A stretch of 32,000 nucleotides of DNA, from positions 3,270,001 to 3,302,000 of the forward strand of contig NC_008312.1 of assembly GCF_000014265.1 (NCBI RefSeq), in the 5' to 3' direction. The translations under genes were made by a program, and so were the position numbers. Under the pieces are notes generated by a model. The model saw only the letters and a list, made by a program, of their open reading frames with translations. It ran no database searches and had not been told where the DNA came from. Numbering within the stretch: position 1 is the first letter of the stretch; every line of letters starts with the position of its first letter. The stretch comes from Trichodesmium erythraeum IMS101. Its GTDB lineage: Bacteria > Cyanobacteriota > Cyanobacteriia > Cyanobacteriales > Microcoleaceae. Positions 28,305 through 32,000 of the stretch are shown here, one piece after another.

Positions 28305-29189
28305 TCAAGCATTACGAAAATCAATCATTGTCTGCCAATACACATCTGGCATCCCCGTATCAAAACATCGCCCTTTGACTAAATACCCTGTCATTCCTTC
28401 TGCTTTTTGTAATTTATCTAAACAAGATGTCAGTTGAAATTCTCCTTTTTCCCTCGCATTTTGTTTAATGTTTTCTTCTAGGTAATCAAATATTCTTGCG
28501 GTTAATACATATATCCCAAAAACTCCTAAAAAGTGTTCTTTTTTCATCCCTAACACATGAAGCTTTTCTCTGGCATAATTTAGGTCTGGTTTTTCATAAA
28601 TTGTATCAATATTAATTAGACTATCGGCAACTAAAGTTCCACCAATACAACCATAATGATGTATTTCTGTTCCTGGGATAATTCTCACCCCAAGTACACT
28701 TTTATTCGTCTGTTCATAGACTTGCAAAAATTGACTTGTACAGGATTTTGTGACCTCAGAAGTATAAAGATGATCCCCCAGTAATAGCAAAAAAGGTTCG
28801 TCTCTTACCCAATCTTTAGCACAGAAAACAGCATGACCATAACCAGCCTGCTGCTCTTGAGTTAAGAAAGTAATTTTATTACCTAAATTTTGTAAATATT
28901 GGCAATATTCTTGTTTTTCCGGGGAGAGTTTTTCATAATAACTAGGAACACCTTGGAAATAGTCTGTAAAAATTTGGCGATCGCTTTCCTGTACCACCAC
29001 TCCCACCTCTTCTATTCCACCACTTATAGCCTCTTCAATAATTATTTGAATTATTGGTTTAGCTCTGCCATCTTTGTCTATTATGGGAAATAGTTCTTTT
29101 TTCACAACTTTAGTAACTGGGAACATCCTTGTACCGAAACCTGCCGCTGGAATTACTGCTTTTCTTACTTTAGCTGTTGTTTCTGTCAT
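28305..29189 (-). CDS. galU: UTP--glucose-1-phosphate uridylyltransferase (GalU type)
   Basis: The N-terminal nucleotidyltransferase motif is KAVIPAAGFGTRMFPVTKVVKKELFPIIDKDG. The 294-aa length fits the family, and LLLGDH is also present. Confidence 0.85.
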   Translation of the reverse strand: MTETTAKVRKAVIPAAGFGTRMFPVTKVVKKELFPIIDKDGRAKPIIQIIIEEAISGGIEEVGVVVQESDRQIFTDYFQGVPSYYEKLSPEKQEYCQYLQNLGNKITFLTQEQQAGYGHAVFCAKDWVRDEPFLLLLGDHLYTSEVTKSCTSQFLQVYEQTNKSVLGVRIIPGTEIHHYGCIGGTLVADSLINIDTIYEKPDLNYAREKLHVLGMKKEHFLGVFGIYVLTARIFDYLEENIKQNAREKGEFQLTSCLDKLQKAEGMTGYLVKGRCFDTGMPDVYWQTMIDFRNA

Positions 29190-29566
29190 ATATTTTTGAT
29201 TTTTTGGTTAACTAATAAATAAAAATTAGTAAAATTTAGACTTTTAAACTTGTATAAATTGAATTTTTAAGAAAATTTGTTTACTATTCTCTGCTATTTC
29301 TGAAAGCTATATTTTTTTTCATTTCAGCGTAGAATATGTATTTTTCCCAAAGTACATTATCATCAATTATTGACTTAATCAAAGTTTTTATGATCATTTA
29401 ATTATAGAATCTAATAATGAACATTTATTATTGGAGTGGTAACAAATATTTTGATATTGGAGTAAGCTGTCAGCCATCAGCTATCAGCTTGAAGGAAAAA
29501 TTAGCCTCCAAGAAGAATTACAGCGCTTTTCAAATTGATAAACTGCATCGCCATAACCAAAACCTT

Positions 29567-29622
29567 GTAGGAGCGTTGCATAACAAAAATGCGTTTCATG
29601 TACCATAGCGAAACGTCCCTAC
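29567..29622. repeat. Imperfect inverted-repeat element (gtaggagcgtt ... aacgtccctac)
   Basis: The 11-nt arms have one mismatch. Its right arm plus flank (ccatagcgaaacgtccctactgtagtcta, 29603-29631) recurs as ccatagaacgtccctactgtggtctaa at 29924-29950. Confidence 0.5.
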
Positions 29623-29912
29623 TGTAGTCTACTGAAATGAAAATTGCTATAAAAGTCTGACACCGAAAAGATGATCAGCTCAACTTAGTAATTTCTTACT
29701 TTCATGGAGCTTTTTGGGCACCATTAACAAGAAAAAGCTCTTTAGCTAAGTACTAATAGCTGAATGTTCACATATGGCATCAAATTTAGGAGGGAAATAA
29801 TTATCGCATCAGACTAAGTTAAAGGCTTTAAGATTTTTGAGAGATAAATGTGATCTAAAAGTATGAATAAGGTGGTATTTCTGACGATGAACCACATCAT
29901 CATCAAAACAAT

Positions 29913-29940
29913 GTAGGGACATTCCATAGAACGTCCCTAC
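29913..29940. repeat. Palindromic repeat gtagggac-N12-gtccctac, related to the element at 29567..29622
   Basis: It has 8-bp perfect arms, with 3 more pairs after one mismatch, and shares a ~27-nt direct repeat with 29603-29631. Confidence 0.5.
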
Positions 29941-29946
29941 TGTGGT

Positions 29947-30226
29947 CTAACTATTAAAAAAAACACTGTAATTATTTAATTTGCTTCCATCTCCAAAATA
30001 CAAAATAATCAACTTACCATCTTTACCACTGCTAATGAGCTTGCTATCAGGAGTAAACGCTACCGAAGTTATAGCTCTTGTATGTTCCTTACATATAGAA
30101 ATAGGTGTTAGCCTTTTCAGACTCCAAACTTTAATATTTCTATCACTGTCTTTACTCACAATTAACTTTCCATCGGAGCTGAAAGCTAGCGAGTTAAAAA
30201 CAGCTGAATGTGTTCTACGGTAGTTA
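29947..30226 (-). pseudogene. WD40-repeat protein fragment (about two WD repeats, no credible start)
   Basis: My hand translation reads DNYRRTHSAVFNSLAFSSDGKLIVSKDSDRNIKVWSLKRLTPISICKEHTRAITSVAFTPDSKLISSGKDGKLIILYF. It shows the WD40 pattern H...V.S(L/V)AF(S/T)(S/P)D(G/S)KL..S...D..IK(V)W. It begins directly at the stop of the upstream MscS gene. Confidence 0.45.
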
Positions 30227-31936
30227 TCATGTTGCCGATCTGTTTGAGGATGCCATTACCTTTACTCCTGATGTCTCGAGAAGCTTGTTAATTTTGAGCA
30301 GTATTTCTTGTTGGACTAAAATAGATTCAGCTAAATCTCTAGTTAGGATATATGTGAAGATATCAATATCAACGATTTCATGACTCAAACTGCTAATACC
30401 AACACTTTCTTCGGAAAGTTTTGGATCTTGAGCGAGGACATTTCGTAGCTTCTCCATGATTTCTTCTAAGTCTTCGTGAACACTGTCATAGCTCAATGAA
30501 AGTGTCTTGTCAAAATAATAGTTGTCACGCTTACTATGATTGACAATTTGCGATGTGGATACTACTGTATTAGGGACAGAAATGAGGTAGCGTTCTGGCG
30601 TGCGAATCAATGTTGAGTGTAAACTGATGTTTTCTACTGTACCGGTAACACCACCTAATTCACAAAAATCGCCAATCTTTATTGTGTCAGTTAACAATAA
30701 GGTTAAACCACCTACTACATTTTCTATATATGGTTTAACTCCAAACCCAACAGCAACACCACTAATTCCGAAGCTAGCTATTATTGGTCCAACAGCTATG
30801 CCAATTTCTTTGCTGGTAATATAAAAAACTATTAATCCTGTTACAGCTCCTAGTAAACGAAATCCATTGTGAATCATTACTTTTTTCAAGTCTCTATTCT
30901 GTTCAGCCATTCTGAAGATAATAGTAGAACTAATGGCATTGAATACCATAAAAGCGAGCCAAGCTAAAACAAGACCTTGCAGAACAGTTGATAATGTCAG
31001 TAGATTTTCTAGGAGTTTGCCCGTGATATTAATAGATTGATCTATGATATATTTCCAAAAAGTAATCAAGCAATATGTGAAAACTGGTATAAATAATCCC
31101 AACCATGATTTTTTCTGGGGATCAGTAATTTTTCCTTTGTGCGAGACTTTGAATATCAATTTGTCGGCAAAAAAAACGGTAGGGAATATTATCAAGGTTA
31201 CTATAGCTAGACTAAACCATTGCCAGAGGGTTTGGCCATACAACAATATAATATTTTTCCCCCTTGGTAGCCATGTATTCCATTTGGGAGGTAGGAGATG
31301 GCCAGGTGTACTGATATAGAATTTGTAGAACCCTGGAGATGTTTTCCAGTAATTCGATTCATTATAGGGATATTTCTTGATCAATTGATAATATTTTCTG
31401 ATCCGCTTCACTGTTTCAGGGGTAAAGAGAAATTGATTGGCATTGAAACCTTTCTCAACTAACTGCATTTTAATCTCAGTTTCTGGAACTTCCCAGCGTG
31501 TTAGGGATCTAGAGAAAACATCTTCTTGACTAGGAATCATACTGGGTCTAGGTAATTTAAGGCGGTCTAATATCTCTTTCAGCATTAATGCAGATTGTGT
31601 ACCAAACTCTTGAATAGTAACTGGGGAAACATCTACAAGATTTAAGGCCTTAATCGCCCGGTTAAGAGCTAAGTTTGCTTCATCGGCTTTTTTTAGCACT
31701 GCCTGAGAATGCCATAATCCCCCGTCTTTTTTTGACTGCTCTTCAGCTTCCATAATCAGTGTATAAGCCTGATTCATATTATTCATAAATCCTGACATGG
31801 TAGCACGGGGACTATTAGTGTCAGGTGGCCTAAGTGGGTTAAAGTTTGAGCTTATGCTAATAACGGCATGCTGAGTCAGCAGAATTATTATTACAACAGT
31901 GAGAATTTGTAAAAAGAGTTTTTTTATGAGTTTCAT
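30227..31936 (-). CDS. Mechanosensitive ion channel family protein (MscS-like) with an N-terminal signal/TM segment and a large extracytoplasmic domain
   Basis: Several TM helices in the central part are followed by the MscS pore-helix and beta-domain signature VVGGLTLLLTDTIKIGDFCELGGVTGTVENISLHSTLIRTPERYLISVPNTVVSTSQIVNHS. Confidence 0.85.
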   Translation of the reverse strand: MKLIKKLFLQILTVVIIILLTQHAVISISSNFNPLRPPDTNSPRATMSGFMNNMNQAYTLIMEAEEQSKKDGGLWHSQAVLKKADEANLALNRAIKALNLVDVSPVTIQEFGTQSALMLKEILDRLKLPRPSMIPSQEDVFSRSLTRWEVPETEIKMQLVEKGFNANQFLFTPETVKRIRKYYQLIKKYPYNESNYWKTSPGFYKFYISTPGHLLPPKWNTWLPRGKNIILLYGQTLWQWFSLAIVTLIIFPTVFFADKLIFKVSHKGKITDPQKKSWLGLFIPVFTYCLITFWKYIIDQSINITGKLLENLLTLSTVLQGLVLAWLAFMVFNAISSTIIFRMAEQNRDLKKVMIHNGFRLLGAVTGLIVFYITSKEIGIAVGPIIASFGISGVAVGFGVKPYIENVVGGLTLLLTDTIKIGDFCELGGVTGTVENISLHSTLIRTPERYLISVPNTVVSTSQIVNHSKRDNYYFDKTLSLSYDSVHEDLEEIMEKLRNVLAQDPKLSEESVGISSLSHEIVDIDIFTYILTRDLAESILVQQEILLKINKLLETSGVKVMASSNRSAT

Positions 31937-32000
31937 ACTGAGAAAGTCTCCATAACTTGCAGATTAGTCTATTTATTTAAGTCTTAAGAGTCCATTTTTC

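Noticed and set aside
8477-31319. Short ORFs nested antisense inside long genes (8477-8692, 18888-19073, 21970-22206, 23741-23923, 26100-26300, 28899-29093, 29981-30223, 30600-30824, 31044-31319) and the intergenic ORF 29417-29608
   Set aside because: Each nested ORF lies entirely within, and opposite to, a longer ORF with strong family signatures. ORF 29417-29608 spans repeat and palindrome sequence. None shows any motif, so they are most likely chance ORFs.

Overview
AT-rich cyanobacterial chromosome segment. I counted 12 exact copies of the HIP1 octamer GCGATCGC. The long ORF-free spacers and heavy IS debris resemble a Trichodesmium-like filamentous cyanobacterium, but that assignment is inference only. 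Roughly two thirds of the window is intact coding sequence. Recognisable genes in order: a partial IS5-superfamily transposase split at an A12 tract; speH; a tail-anchored coiled-coil protein; queF; a decayed IS701-like element that keeps its inverted repeats; a second IS remnant; a CNNM/CorC-type DUF21-CBS protein with a TnpB remnant abutting its start; a secreted hypothetical protein; two identical copies of a non-canonical tRNA(CAU) in a 1.4 kb ORF-free region; a GPH-family MFS transporter; a 1058-aa protein made mostly of near-identical 93/92-aa tandem repeats; a roughly 1812-codon Ser/Thr-kinase/AAA_16/GAF/histidine-kinase gene interrupted by one in-frame TAG; a co-oriented minus-strand set of FAAL-ACP-TE, SULT-type sulfotransferase, GT1 (UDP-glycosyltransferase) and GalU; a WD40 remnant flanked by palindromic repeats; and an MscS-family channel. 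The best candidate for an undescribed system is the FAAL-ACP-TE / sulfotransferase / glycosyltransferase / GalU set, a possible sulfated acyl-glycoside or ST/TE-type lipid pathway. Secondary items are the twin tRNA-like genes, the recombinogenic repeat protein, the amber-interrupted multi-kinase and some structured-looking non-coding islands. No CRISPR array, rRNA or reverse transcriptase was seen.
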